From assembly GCA_051294375.1 (NCBI GenBank), contig CM119270.1, forward strand, positions 6,689,279-6,753,278: a stretch of 64,000 nucleotides of DNA, read 5' to 3'. The DNA is from Paraspadella gotoi (Eukaryota; Animalia; Chaetognatha). The notes beneath the pieces were generated by a model that was given only the letters and a program-made list of their open reading frames with translations, had not been told where the DNA came from and searched no databases. Of the stretch, positions 35,399-50,462 are shown piece by piece. Position numbers and translations under genes: made by a program. How positions within the stretch are numbered: the first letter of the stretch is position 1; each line of letters opens with the position of its first letter.

Positions 35399-36335
35399 AA
35401 CATGGTGGACACGTACTTACCGGAGTTACTTGACAAAACTGGCTGACAAAGTATGAACGTGTCGAAGTAGGCTAACGAGGGAAAACGGAACAAGAAAAAA
35501 AAAGAAAGAAAAAAAAAAAACCTCCACACATAGTGACGATAATATCCTCCGGTGCCATTTTTTTTCCTTCCGCCGCCTCGTGGCACCAGGTGTCGCAGTT
35601 TCCGACGCTAGGGTCATTTTCGGTCCATGGATCGCTCGCTCGCGCGGAGACCACAAACGCGGGGGTTGTGAGCTCGTGGTCGTGGGGAGGAGTGAATGGG
35701 GGGAGAATTAATGCGGTGAGAGATGAGGGAGGGTAAGGGATCGGGGTAAGGACGGAGTAGGTTCTTTTGTTTTGGGTCACTAGCGTCGGGATTGCGGGAA
35801 TAATTCAGGAAGGGAGATGGGATAGACCTTTGGAATCGTGGTTAGAACTGTGGGACCCACAGTGTGGGTGTGAAGTGTGGGTTCCTGAGTTGAAATCGGG
35901 GATTCTGGGACGGGACGCGTTGAGTTCGGGAGGTCGAGAGGTCGAAGTCAAAATGAGAAGCGGAGGCGAAGTTGCGAGATGCGAGATTTTTTTTCTTTTT
36001 AAACGGGAGTTAAATCGAGGGTAAGGGTTTGAGTCAGGCGATGAGTAGTGGGTAAGTTGGTGGGGTGAGGTGAGATGGGCAGCGGGGTGAAGACGAAGGG
36101 TTGATGCGAGAAAAGGAGAAGATAGAAGAGCGAAGAAAAAATATGACATTCGTTAGTAATAATTGTAAAAAGGGAAATAGAAAGAGGGAGTTCCAGATAT
36201 TTTTGGAAAGAATTAGTTTAAAGTTTTTCGTCGGTTGGGTTTTAATTTATTTGGGTCAGTATTGTTGTTGTTGTTGTTGTCGTTGATGTCGAGATTGTCG
36301 TCGTTCGTCCAATCAATCAAAAAGAGGAAACATAT

Positions 36336-36480
<145 letters not shown>

Positions 36481-36817
36481 AGGAGAGAGAGTGAGTATTG
36501 GATATTTCGAGGCCAAGCGCCCTGAACTTCGGAGGCAATCCCGCAGTTGGCACAAAAGGTTTTTCAGCAACGATATAAGTTTTTTTTTTCGTTTGAGTCG
36601 AAATATTCATTCATTGGTTTTTTATAAAAAAAATAATTTTTAAAAATGCGATTTCGCCTATGAAAGCGAAACTAGGATCGATATCCGTCGTAAGAATCGA
36701 TATTTGCTGAATCCCTTATCTGAGGTTTGGAGTCAACTTTTTTTCTGATGAGACGGATCGATAAATCTGGGCGAATCTTGGAGTGAACATGAATAAAGAC
36801 GGGGAGTGATTCGGAGG

Positions 36818-36913
<96 letters not shown>

Positions 36914-37288
36914 CGATTTCTAATTTTGCAAAATGTTTCTCGATAGAAACAAACATAAACAAACAACAAAAAATATCAAGTAAAAAAAATGAAATAAGAA
37001 AGAAAAAAAAGGAGAGAATAATATTACCCAGAGCGTCGAGTTGTAGCCAAGTGGAATTGAAATGGTTGTTAAATTGTCAAGGTTTTTGTCATGGAGAGAT
37101 GGGGGGGAGGTAAAACAGAAAGATAAAGGGACAGAAAGAAAACGGAAATGAGAACGTAACGGAAAAAGTAGGAAACTTAGTAGTGGAAAGATAGTAAGTG
37201 AGTGGAAAGAACTGGAGAGAGAAAGACGAAGCGAAAGAAAATATTAGATACAGACAGAAAGAAAGAAAGAAAGAAAGAAAGAAAAAAA

Positions 37289-37362
<74 letters not shown>

Positions 37363-37426
37363 GAGAAAAAAAATAGGGACAGACGATAAGCCCCTTTCCC
37401 AGATTAAATTTTCATGAGATTGCAGT

Positions 37427-37481
<55 letters not shown>

Positions 37482-38142
37482 GCGGGGTTGACGCTTGCGT
37501 GAAGTGGGAAAACCACGGAGAATAATTGTTAATATGTGAGACATGAAAGCAGCGACTCGATAACGACGCCGAGACCCTCGATAACAACAACAACAATGAC
37601 AAGGAGGACAACAATAACAATGAGGAAGACAACATTAACAATGAGGAGGACAACATTAACAACAATGATTATAACACCTCCAAAAAGAAATAGAACAAAA
37701 AAAAAATCTAGACGAGTCGGAATTGAAATTGCGACATTCTGTCGCTCACCGTATTAACGCAACACTCTGTCACCGACTTTGCATCTTTGACGCAATGACC
37801 TATCACAACCTTCATCTCCTTAGCGTACCGTCCTGTCACGGCCCGGTAACGGTCTGTCACGCGCATGGCTTTTTTTTCTCCCGACGTCTGATCTCGATGT
37901 TGACGACTTGATGTTGATGTCTGAATGAAGATGGAGAGAAACTGGAGGCGAATAACAAAGATCCGTTCGGCTCTTAACGTAATTTTCATATTTTGGTTTT
38001 TTAAAATTACTAAAAATATATACAACTTAAAAATACGTTTTAATACCTTTTCTTAATTACACAAGCATTAACTCATAAATCATTTTCCATTTCCCCCCAC
38101 GACGTTTTCTTGACGTGAGAATAAGCAGTCACAAATTACCAC

Positions 38143-38174
38143 CTGGACTTGGAGGAATTTAAATCACCTCGGTT

Positions 38175-38207
<33 letters not shown>

Positions 38208-38326
38208 CGCGTCATCGTTTAACTTGTCGTCGTCGTCGACTTCCATCGCGTCGTCGTCGTCAGCGTCGTCGCCGCGGCCTTTACCGGAACGCCGTCATCG
38301 CCGGGGCTGACATTATCGTCGATGTC
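38143..38326 (-). CDS. Candidate Asp-rich exon of an unresolved gene
   Basis: aaccag acceptor and AG|GTGGTA donor. Reads DIDDNVSPGDDG..DDADDDDAMEVDDDDKLNDDADDDDDDDDDDNRGDLNSSKS but needs one indel correction. Confidence 0.4.
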
Positions 38327-38384
38327 CTGGTTGTTGTCGTTGTTGCCATAGTTATTGTCGTAGTTATTGTTGGGAATTGGCGTT

Positions 38385-38398
38385 ATTTATTATTATTA

Positions 38399-38495
<97 letters not shown>

Positions 38496-38560
38496 ATATT
38501 CGTGGTACGTGAGTTTGTCTTTGTTTTCATTGTCTTCATTTAAAAATGAAACGTCCATTT

Positions 38561-38592
<32 letters not shown>

Positions 38593-38658
38593 TGTATGTA
38601 TGTATCTATGTATGTGTGTATGTATGTATGTATGTATGTATGTATGTGTGTATGTATG
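38385..38658 (+). repeat. (TAT)n and (TATG)n microsatellites
   Basis: Directly visible at 38385-38492 and 38563-38658. Confidence 0.95.
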
Positions 38659-39291
38659 CAAAGAGGAGAAAGATTAACTAAGAGGATCTAGGAATCATAT
38701 TCGGTCACGGGTTCCGAAGAAAAATGAAAGGAAGAAAATAATTAGAGAATAAATGAAAAGAGATGGTGAGTAAAGCCAAAGGGTGGGAAGAATCAAGACG
38801 AGATTGAGGTGGGCGTCCAATGAACGGCGTGGAAGGCGAAGGCTGGCGGATTGGGGATCCGTTGGCGGCCAGAGGGGGGGAAAAGTGTAAAACTAGTAAG
38901 ATTCTACCAAAAAGTGGGCACGAAGGAATGCAAGCAACTGGGTGAGATTTTCTTCTTTTTNNNNNNNNNNNNNNNNNNNNNNNNNNNNNNNNNNNNNNNN
39001 NNNNNNNNNNNNNNNNNNNNNNNNNNNNNNNNNNNNNNNNNNNNNNNNNNNNNNNNNNNNNNNNNNNNNNNNNNNNNNNNNNNNNNNNNNNNNNNNNNNN
39101 NNNNNNNNCGCCGAAGAGGGCTCGCGCGCGGTGGAAGGCCGCGGTCTTGAGAATTTGAATTTAGATGAACTTTATGAGATTCTGCCCATGAAATCTTTTC
39201 AATGGATGACGTCGATCGTGGGGATTGAAATGGATGGAGGTTTTAAGAGAAAGATTTCCGCCTCGTAAAAAGTCGTTACCGTCGAGGGGTG

Positions 39292-39342
<51 letters not shown>

Positions 39343-40560
39343 GTCGGAGAGAGAGGGAGAGAGAGAGAGAGAGAGAGAGTAAGAAAGATAGAGAGAAGGA
39401 TAGTAAAGGACGCAATGGGTCCTCTTGTTATCCTTTATTTATTTCGACCTCGCGTTTTCCATCGTCGAAGGTGAGCGAAAATCCCGCGCGTCTAATTATT
39501 TATATTGCGCGGGAGAAAAGGAAAAATATTTTTCCTCATTTCATTCTCCGTCAGTCAGTTTTTCTGTCGGGCAGTCTGTAAAGTATATATTCATCTGCCT
39601 CTTGAATTTCTTTTCAATCGGAACTTCGCGTCCCTTATACTTTGTCCTGTCCAAAAAGTCACCCAGCTTTATCGAGTTCTTCTCAGCCCGCACTGTGAAA
39701 ATACTGCTACTGAGATCTTGTTTTGTCGTTGTTATTATGCTCGTTGTTGTTTGTCCCCCCCCTTTCAAAAAAAAAACAAAAAAAAACAAAACGAATCGGC
39801 AGTCGCAGCCGTTGGCCTGATGGGCACTTGGCAGATTTTTAAAGGGAAGCAGCAAAGTAAACAACTCTCGCGTTGGTCGGAATTCTGCCAACTCAGCGAT
39901 CCTCGGATCTTTTGATGCGAGAAGAAAACCATTGTTGGCCGGGAGCAAAGAATTAAACGACAGATGGATGCGAGGACGAAATAAAAAAAAAGAGCAATCG
40001 TTAACCGTAATAAAATTTAATCAGGTTAAAATATAAAGAAAAGAATTGCTTGTAAAAACAAATGCTTGAAACTGTTGTTCACTGTTGGGGTCATCTCGAT
40101 CCAAGTCTCTCTTTCCATTAGACGAGAAGCAAGCAAACGAGAGTAAATATGGGCCAAAGCAAGCAAACTAGGGGGGTTAGGGAACAGGAAAAAAATATCG
40201 GAAAAGGTAAACAAGGAAATTAGTAAACAAGAGAGCAAAAGGGAAAAGATACGAGGAGAAAAGAAAAAAAACAAATGGGGCGTTTTAGGGTTTGGCCTCA
40301 TTGGGAATCCGGTAGGGGGGATTAGCGCGTGACAGAGGGGCTCGTGGGAAATGGCTCTTGAGGGAATGAATGTCTTGCTCTCCTTGTGTCTCTTTCTTTC
40401 TCTCTTTTTTTTTCTCTCTCCCTCTGTCTGTCTCTTTCTCTATCTTTCTCTCGGTTGCCTTCTCGCTCACTTCTTTCCTCTCTCTCTCTCGCTTACTCCT
40501 TTCCACTCTCTCTCTGTGTGTCTCTGTCTCTCTCTCTGTCTCTCTCTCTGTCTCTTTCTA

Positions 40561-40695
<135 letters not shown>

Positions 40696-41474
40696 TTTCC
40701 TCTTTTCATTCGCATTCTGGCCATGCTTTCTTAGAGATCGTTACTGGACCGTGAAGCCTTGGGTGAAAAAACAAGAACCGGTGGCTTTATGGATGCGGCC
40801 AAAGTTTTATTAGCTTTTTTTGTACAATTTATTAGTATTTATTCATTAATAAGTTTTGATATTTGTTTTTATTTCTATTTCCTAATTGAAATCTTTTTTC
40901 TATTAACTAACATTAATTAAACAAAATTTAAAAATAAATTAAAAATTGTCTTATAGACATGCGTTGCTTTATTTGAAAAGTGCCATGGTAAAGTCGGCCA
41001 AATTTTATTTAAATTTTGAAATTTAGATTTTGTTGGTTTTAGTTCGAAATAAAGAATGGCAATCGAGAAATAAAGAATGGCAATCGAGAAAAAAAATCCC
41101 GTCAAAATAGTTTCAATTACTAGAGTCGATCAAAACATCATCACTTTTACCATCTCTAAGGTTGCTGCTTCAACAGCAACTTCGATGCTGCACAATCCAA
41201 AGAGGAGCTGTAAGCGACCGGCGAAACTGTTGTTTTCGACGGCAATGAAAAGATATTGCAGTCGCCATGGCAACGCAAACAGGGAAAAAAATTGAATGGC
41301 ATTTCGTTCATGAATTCTGTAAAATTCATCAGAAACGGAAAAAAAAGACTGAGGAGAATTGAAATGGAAGAGAAGGAAGTATTTTAAAGAGGAGGAATTT
41401 AAGATTGTGAGGCGGTATAACGATAAAACATATATAAGAGCGTTACCGGTTTGGTTTCCGAGAAAATGAGAAAT

Positions 41475-41650
<176 letters not shown>

Positions 41651-42852
41651 ATATAACGTTTCATATTTCGTTTGTTGATATTACCTTTGACCTTTTGAAA
41701 TATTTGGGAAAAAATTACTCGATGTCATGAATCAAATTATTAAAATCGTCGAAATCGAATTCAAGTGTCAAGACTGTCAAACGGCGAGAGCTAAAATTAT
41801 CATTTGTCAACTGAGAGAATCGACTGAGAAACAGAGAAACATGAAAATAAATGGAATTGATTTCATTTTCTTTTTCCTTTTTTTTTCCCGCCAGTTTATC
41901 CGACCTTTTTATTTTTTTACTGCCCAATTTTTTGGCTGTTTTTCTCCTGTGATTAACTTATTAACTTATTCTACCTAATTCTATATATGAAATCTTTATT
42001 TCCTCTTAAAAAATTGTAAGATTACTTGTTTCACTATATTAGACTAAATTTAAAAAAATATATATACGGAAGTTTATTATAATTCACCTAATCTTAAAAT
42101 TGTTCATAAGTATTTAGTTTAATTACTATTTATTTCATATTTAATAATACAAGGGGTAGAGGGATATTAGGGTTGTCTTCTGGAAATAGAGGGAGCATCT
42201 AAAAAACACATGGTTAAAAAATAACTTTCCTCCATAGGTTTTGTACCGTCTCATTTTATTCTTTAACGTCATTTTCTACCTTCCATCTTTCCTTCTCTCT
42301 TTAACTCTCCAATTCAATATTAATATTATACCTATTCTGTTATCCAACTTATTTTGCTCTTTGCTCTTTTTTTTTTACTCAGTTCTTCCATCCTCCTCCA
42401 TCTTTTTCTAGTGATAACCTTACGTTTTTATTAGCAAATTTTTCTTTTTCTTCTTTTATCATTCTTACTTCTTTTTTCATTCTGATTCCTGTTTCTTTTT
42501 TTATCCCTCTTCTATCTATCAATCCTTTTACTTTTTTTTTCTTTTATTTTTTTTTCTCTCTCGTTTTCCTCCTTTTTTTTTCTTTTTTTCCAACTTTTCT
42601 TTCCTCCCTTCTCTCGTTTTCGTTCGCCGGTTTCCTCCACCGACTCTTCTTCTTCCAGAGAAGGCACGTTGTTGGAACGTGCTTCCGCGCGGTCCCTCCT
42701 CTCCTCCTCCTCCTCTTCTTCCCCCTCCTCCTTATTCCGTCTTCTCCTCTCACTCCTCCTCCTCTTCCTTCCTCTCTTCTTTATTATTGTCGTAATCGTT
42801 ATTGTGATTTTAGCTTCATTCTTTCTCCTCCTTCGCTTCTCCGATCTCACTC

Positions 42853-42920
<68 letters not shown>

Positions 42921-43705
42921 GCGAACTTTTTTTATCCTCTACACCTCGTTGAGTAAAAAAAAAAGAATTCCTTCTGAAATTTGAAGAAAAAAAAGTTTTA
43001 TTTCTCCACCCGGAACCAATTTTCAGACTCAACACTCGACGCATTTTTATCTTTATTTTTTCACGTTTTTTTTCCCAGAGAATTTGTGGTGAAGATAAAA
43101 GCGTCAATGAAACAATGCAATAATACCGACATACAATAATGTCAATGGTTAGCGACGGAAAAATTTAGTTGCTCTTCTATTGTTGCGTTCTTCCGTCGTG
43201 GTTCTTCTGTTGTGGTAGCGAACTTAGGCTTGATCAATTGAAAGGAAGATCAATTTGGGTCAATTTCCGAACCAATTTGGTTCTAACACGAGCCGAAGGT
43301 GTACATGGCAAAATAGGAATTTCTAATATTTTTGGTGCAAATAAATCAAATAATCTTTTTATTATAAGCAGACGAATTAACTCGTTAAAGCGTCAGTGCC
43401 GAATTGCCATTTGCCGATAATTAATCTCTTATTCTCTCTCTTATTATCTCCTTCTCTGTCTTTCTCTTATCTCGTTTCGCAGACTGTCGGTCGTCTTCAT
43501 CTGAGAACCGAAATTGGATACGAGGACGAAACCTCAAATCCTCAAATACTCGATCTTTCGTTCTCCCCACTCTTTAACTCTCTCTCTCTCTCACTTTCTC
43601 TCTCTCCCTGTCTTTCTCTCTCTCGCTCTCTCACTCTATTCCTCTACTCTTTACTTCTCACTCACACTCTCTCCCTCTCTCTCTTAGTCTCTAACTCTCA
43701 TACGC

Positions 43706-43813
<108 letters not shown>

Positions 43814-45836
43814 CCCCAACCTCCCGTCCCCCCCTCTCCCTCCCTTTCTCCCTTCCCTGTCTTCTTTTCTCTATCGATATTTTCCAGAATGTCTTCTTCT
43901 TGAGTCGTCGTTGTCAGGATTCCTGGAATTGAGAATTCCTCAGTTTTTCTTTTTCTTTTTTTTTATTTTCCTCTTTTGTTTTCTTTTTCTTTTTTCTTCG
44001 GTTTTTCTTTCACCTTCATTATCTTTCTAACTGATTTTTTCTCTTCAATTGTTCTTCAGTTATTTTTAATACAAAAACTTTATTCGTCCTTTCCTTTTCC
44101 TGACCTTTCCTTTCCTCAATCCGTCTTTCTTAGTTACTGGATTTTCCTTTTTTCCTCTTTTTTTTCCTTATTTGATTTTTTTCTCTACTTTTTCCTTTTT
44201 TTCCCTTAAATCCGTCTTCTTTTCTTTGTGCAGCTTTTTTCTTTCCCTTTTCGAATTCTCTTCGAAACGACGGCAGCGATCTTGTGAACGCGACACAATT
44301 AATCAACGTCTCTCTCTAACTCTATCTCTTTTCTCTCTCTCATCTCCTCTTCTCTCTCTCTCTTCTCTCTCTCTCTCCATCTCTCTCTTCTTTTTTCCTN
44401 NNNNNNNNNNNNNNNNNNNNNNNNNNNNNNNNNNNNNNNNNNNNNNNNNNNNNNNNNNNNNNNNNNNNNNNNNNNNGAGAGAGAGAGAGAGAGAGAGAGA
44501 AAAGTAGGACTTTTGTGGCTGTTTGTACAAGGAGTCGATTTCGGATTTGTTCGACCCGAATTCACCACGTTCCGACCAACGCTTACCAAACACGAGTTTA
44601 ATGCTTACCAAACATGTCACTCACTTTTACAAGATCCACTCACAGTCGTCGACAGATCAGCTGGAAAACATTTTAGCCACTGGACATAATCGAAAAGTCC
44701 GCGGAAAGACTCGAGTCTCGGATTTCGTTGCTTTTATTTTTTTATTTGTTTTTCTTTTCTTTTCTTTGTTCCTGCGTTTGTTTGTTTCCTTTAAATCGAA
44801 CCACGGAAATGACGACCAGAGGCGCTAGTTGGTCTCTCTCTCTCTCTCTCTCTCTCTCAACAAGGAAGATGANNNNNNNNNNNNNNNNNNNNNNNNNNNN
44901 NNNNNNNNNNNNNNNNNNNNNNNNNNNNNNNNNNNNNNNNNNNNNNNNNNNNNNNNNNNNNNNNNNNNNNNNNNNNNNNNNNNNNNNNNNNNNNNNNNNN
45001 NNNNNNNNNNNNNNNNNNNNNNNNNNNNNNNNNNNNTCTCTCTCTCTCTCTTTTCCAATACATTTCTCCGACGGATCTCTCTCAATCCTCACTTCTCATC
45101 AGAGTTTCCGAAGCGATCGTCTTTTGTCTTAATTGATTTTCTATTTTATTTTTTCCCCTCTTCCAAACAGGGACGGAGTGATCGTCGATTATTCTTCGTC
45201 ATCATTATCGTCTTTGCTTTCTTTTTCGTCGTCACGAGGTTCGACAGCGTCTTCCTTCTTCGATTGGCTCTTATTCTTGGCCAATCGGAGGCGTTATATT
45301 TTGATTTAATAATTTCGCAACCGTTTAAAAAAAAAAGTCTTCTTTTTAATCAATTTTGGATGAAGACGACGACGAAAACGACAACGAAGAAAGCGACGAA
45401 AGTTTCTGCCTCCGAAAATTTTTTGTTATCGCACTTTTATTTTTTTTGGTAAATAATACAAGGTAACACGAGGGCAATATACAAGGTTATTACATGTTAA
45501 TATAAGGAAGGTCTTCAATATTACCTTCCAAATTCCTCTGCAAAATATAATCATTGCCGTCGACATCATCTCTAATGTCGTCGTCGTCTTCCTCTTCCTC
45601 TTCCTCCTCATCACCAAGAAGAAATTACTTTCCTTTTTATCTCTGGTCTGATGTCCCCGTAAGACTGATGAGACGAGAGAGAGAGAGAGAGAGAGANNNN
45701 NNNNNNNNNNNNNNNNNNNNNNNNNNNNNNNNNNNNNNNNNNNNNNNNNNNNNNNNNNNNNNNNNNNNNNNNNNNNNNNNNNNNNNNNNNNNNNNNNNNN
45801 NNNNNNNNNNNNNNNNNNNNNNNNNNNNNNNNNNNN

Positions 45837-45872
<36 letters not shown>

Positions 45873-46885
45873 CGGGTAAGCGCCAGCGACAACACCCACC
45901 CCATTATTTTTTATTTCTTCGTCGGACTTTTAAGTCTTTTATGTCTCAAACACGAGGGCGAACCGTGGTCGTTGTCGTCGTCGTCGTCGTTTTATCCCCG
46001 CAGTGGACGTGTTTGTGGTCCTTTTGCCAAGATTGTGGTCATACCTTATTTTATTTGTATTTCGTTGTCGTGATTTGTATTCCTCAACTCTGTTGGTTCT
46101 CTTCGTCTTCTTCGTCGTTGTTATCGTCGTCTTTACATTGCTGCCGACGTCGTCGTCATCCTTTATCGTCGTCGTCTTCTTCGTCGTCAATATCATCGTC
46201 GTCGTCATCGTCGGTGTCATCCTTATCATCTTTGTCATCGTCGTCGTCTCATCGTCCTCGTGAGCGTCGTCGAAGTCATCGTCTTCGTCGTCTTCATCGT
46301 CGTCTTCATCGTCGTCGTCGTCTCATTGTCCTTGACGTTATCGTCGTCGTCGTCGTTTTCGTCGTCGTCTCTGCTCCATCCATTGACCCATCTAAGTGGA
46401 GGGCCGTTCGCCTCGTCGAGTCCGGCGACCTTTTTTTTTTTCTCCGCTTCTCACAGCGGTTCTCTTCTCACTCTTTTTCTCGTCCGCTTCTCAACCGATT
46501 TAAGTCCGCTTCTCACGCATCTAATTCATTTTTTTTTTCTTCTATTGTCGATTTTGCATTTTCTCTTTCTCTCCTCATTGACTTTTCTTCAATTGAAAGA
46601 ACTGCAAGTATTATTATTATTAAAATAAATGACAAATGACATCGTTATTTACATTTTCATCATCACTCATCAATGTCATTATCTTAATCGCATCCTCGGT
46701 TATCTATACTAACCTATATTTTGTTATCTTCTCTACTAACCTATATTTTTTTTTCATGACTTGTTGTTGTTATTGTTATTGTTGTTGTTATTGTTATTGT
46801 TGTTGTTGTTGTTTCAGTGAGGTCGTTCGATACGACCTTTCAAACTGTTCATTAGTTTCGCCTCTTCTCTTTGCCGAAGGTGGCA

Positions 46886-46942
<57 letters not shown>

Positions 46943-48689
46943 TTCTCTCCCTTTTTCTCGTTTCGGCCCCCAAACTAGTTATTTATCTTTCCAATCTATT
47001 TCTTTTGGCCTGTCACTGGTTGACCGAACTTGTACTTAATTTTAACACAATACAATACACAATACACAATTTAACAGTGTATTCTAAGCCTTTTTTTAAA
47101 AGCAGATTTCACCACCATTAAGGCAGCAGGATGAATCATTTCCTCTTGGCCGTACCGTTCGTCTCCTTCCAGCATGTCAATCGGACTGTTAATCCATCAA
47201 CATTCACCTGTTAATTCGCCCACCGCTTCACAACGCCTGTCAATCTCCGCTGTTCATCCTCCCACCACAGCCGCCCGTCAGTCGGTCCACCTTCAACCGT
47301 GTGGAGATATTTCCTTCTTCCACCGACGACCTTCTACACTTCTCCAGTTTTACGGTTTTTCTCTCCCATCAATTATTCCATTCCCATTTGTTTTCCTTTT
47401 CTTACCTTTGCTCTTTCTTTCCCCAATATTTTCCTCTTTCTCACCATTCCTTTCCTTTTCATACCTTTCCTTGCCTTGCCTTGCCTTGCCTTGCCTTGCC
47501 TTGCCTTGCCTTGCCTTGCCTTGCTTTTCCTTTCCTTTCATTTTCATTCCTTTCCCTATCTTTCATTTCCTTTCCTTTTCTTTCCTTTCCCTTTCTTTTC
47601 TTTCTTTAACTACAGTGGAGGACGGAATTTTTAGTGAAAGAATTCGATACCAGTCTTAAATATCTTAGTTGAGGATCGTGTGAATTTTTATGTGAAAAGT
47701 GTAAATTTATCTGGATACCAAGTATATATTTTTTTATGATTATCGGAATTGGAGTTTATTCAGTATAATAACCATTTCGAGGGAAAATATATCAGCGGAC
47801 AAAAATACAGCCGACAGCCGGAGAATAAAAAAAACAATGAACTTTATTATGAACTTACTTTGTTTAGTCAGATGGGAATAGTATAAACAGAGAATGGATA
47901 ATTCATAGGCCCAGTATATTAGAGTAAAACTATTCATTTAACAATTTTGTATTTACTTTTATTCTTACTCTCCAAATCTTTATCACTCCGGGCCTTTCAT
48001 TATATGTTACCAAAAATTTCAAAAAAAAACGAGTAAATAAAATATTTCTAAAATTGATACTATAAAAATTACTCAGGGTTAAAAAAATAACTTTAGTCCA
48101 AACAATAACACTATAAAATTCACCAAGGATAGACATTACAAATTGGGTAAAACGGGTCAATTTGAAATCGCGGCGATATATTAAAAAGATATTAAATTCA
48201 AGTTCTTATTTCACACATCTTTCCTCTCAAAAAATAATTATTTAATAAGCTAACCAATTTTTCGAACATAACAAAATAATAATTTGCCAAACTCTTTCCT
48301 TTTTACAGGGCAAAGGAACAATAGCAAACCTTTCACAAAAAATTGTAAACAATTAATTCATTGGATGAGACGAAAAATATTATTACATTTTGTAATTTAC
48401 AAAATTCTTATTACTCCAATCTTCACTCTACCCTTTCTTCTATCCTTTACTCCCCTCTTCTTCCATTACTTCCCTTCCCTTCCACTCATTTCCCTTCTTT
48501 TTTCTTCCTCCCTCCCTTGAATTCCCTCCGTGCTTCCTTCCCTGTGTCCCCTCTCTTTCTTTCTTTTTTCAAATTTTTTGTGTCAATCTTCTTCCTCCGT
48601 TTTCTTTACTACTTCCCCCAATTTTCACCCTTTTCCGTTCCCTTCCTGTCTCTCCACTTCTCATAAATAATAGAAACACGTGAAGTGAG

Positions 48690-49590
48690 GCTGTTTTTAA
48701 CAGGTTCCGCCACCCCCAGCACGGGTGGTCAACCTCGTCGGCAACGGCGAGACAGGCATGTTCATTGTAGTCCAGAGCTTTGGAAATTCTGGCAGTAGCC
48801 CATGCCTTAACAGAGCGGTACCCGCGTCCATCCCACTTTCTACATGGCAACCCTCAGGGCTCGTTAACCAGTGAAGTAACGCATATTCTATTGGTTGATT
48901 GGCTATTGAAAAATTAGTCCACTGACCACTGAGGCGCTGCAAAGAATTCAAGCTTTAATCCATCGTGTGGTGATAGACCACCAGACAGCCGCCCCCAGGA
49001 CTCTTCACATATAGAGTACGAAATGTTAATGGTGATTGAAGCGCATTGTCTCTCGCTGAACCTCCTCATTTTATATGTTTTTCATTTTTTATCTTGTGTT
49101 GGCCTTTGCGTTGAAAGTGGCAAGCTTGGCGTAGCTCAAACCACATCAAGGCAGAGGTTTTTAGTTTATTATCATTGCTCACTGGTGGCTATGTCGTGTT
49201 CGTTTTATTATTCACGTTTCGGGTTACTCACCAATTTGAAGAGGGGCTGGTTTTACAGGGCGCCATACCACCGCAGCTATCTGGTCTGCTTTTCATCTCT
49301 CGTGCAACAGCGAGACAGACATGTTCATGTAGTCCCAGGAAAAAGCTTTGGAATCTGGACCAATAGCTAGGGCCCTAAATGTCTACAGTTTGCGGATTGT
49401 TACCCTGGTCCATCACCACTTATTCTACATTGACAACCTCAGTGCTCAGAACCCATTAGGGACGCCACTTTCTATTTGGGGACCTGGTGCCATATTTTAT
49501 TTCCACTGAAAGCCACTAGATAAGGCGATGCCTTCGAAAGAAATTCAGCTTTTATAATCCATCTGTAGGTGATAGGCCACCAGAAACACA
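48690..49590. repeat. Pair of diverged ~320-bp direct repeats (48690-49010 and 49250-49590), probable TE fragment
   Basis: Shared GCAAC(G/A)GCGAGACAG(G/A)CATGTTCAT..AGCTTTGGAA..TAATCCATC..GGTGATAG..CCACCAGA. Confidence 0.6.
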
Positions 49591-50462
49591 ATCCTCTTAA
49601 CTTCATTCAATCTCCCCCTTCCCTTCCTCTTTTCCTTACCCTCTCCCCTCTCTGTCTTTCTCTATTTCTATCCGTATCTTAGCGCTAACCTCCCCTCCAT
49701 TTACCACTTCCGGGTATTCTCTCCTTTCGACCTCAACGGAAAATCTCCCGGGATTCCTATCTCTCTAAATATTTTGGGCTTCTATCTTGTTTATCCATTC
49801 CTCTCAGTGGAGGTTAACTGTATGATCCGAACGACACGAATACTGACGACAATCGACGACAACTAAAAAAAGATAATTTTTTTATAACGTCGTATTATGC
49901 TGAAGACAAGACTGCTTTGGAGCATGGAAGAAGGCAAAGTTTATATAAATGGAAGATTGCGACAAAAATGGGGAACACGAAGAGAGAGAGAGAAGGAGAG
50001 AGAAAAGCGGAAGAGGAGCAGAAGAGAGAGGAGGAGAGAGAGAGAAAGAGACAGAGAGAAGTAGATATTGAGAGAGAAGAGAAGAGAGAGGAGAGAGAGA
50101 GAGAGAGAAGTGAGAATACAGTCCACTAAAGAAAACATTAATTATAAATGTATATCTCTTTCTAATTTTCGTGAATCTTTAGCTAATCTGTCTGGTCTAC
50201 TCAGGTCTTTTACTGTTTCCCGATCTCCACGGCCTTCTCATTCAAAATGGTTCTCGCTTCTCTTTCTTTTTTTGGCTCGACCGTTTGGATTCCCTTTTTT
50301 TTTGTCTTTCTCTCTTTGATCAACTTTCTTCTCTCTTCTCTTCTCTTTCTTCTCTCTCTCTCTCTCTACTCTCTCTACTCATCTCTGCTCTCTCTTACCT
50401 CTCTCAACTATTCTCTCTCTTCTTTGCCTAGTCTTTTTTCTTCTTCTTTTTTTGCCAAGGAA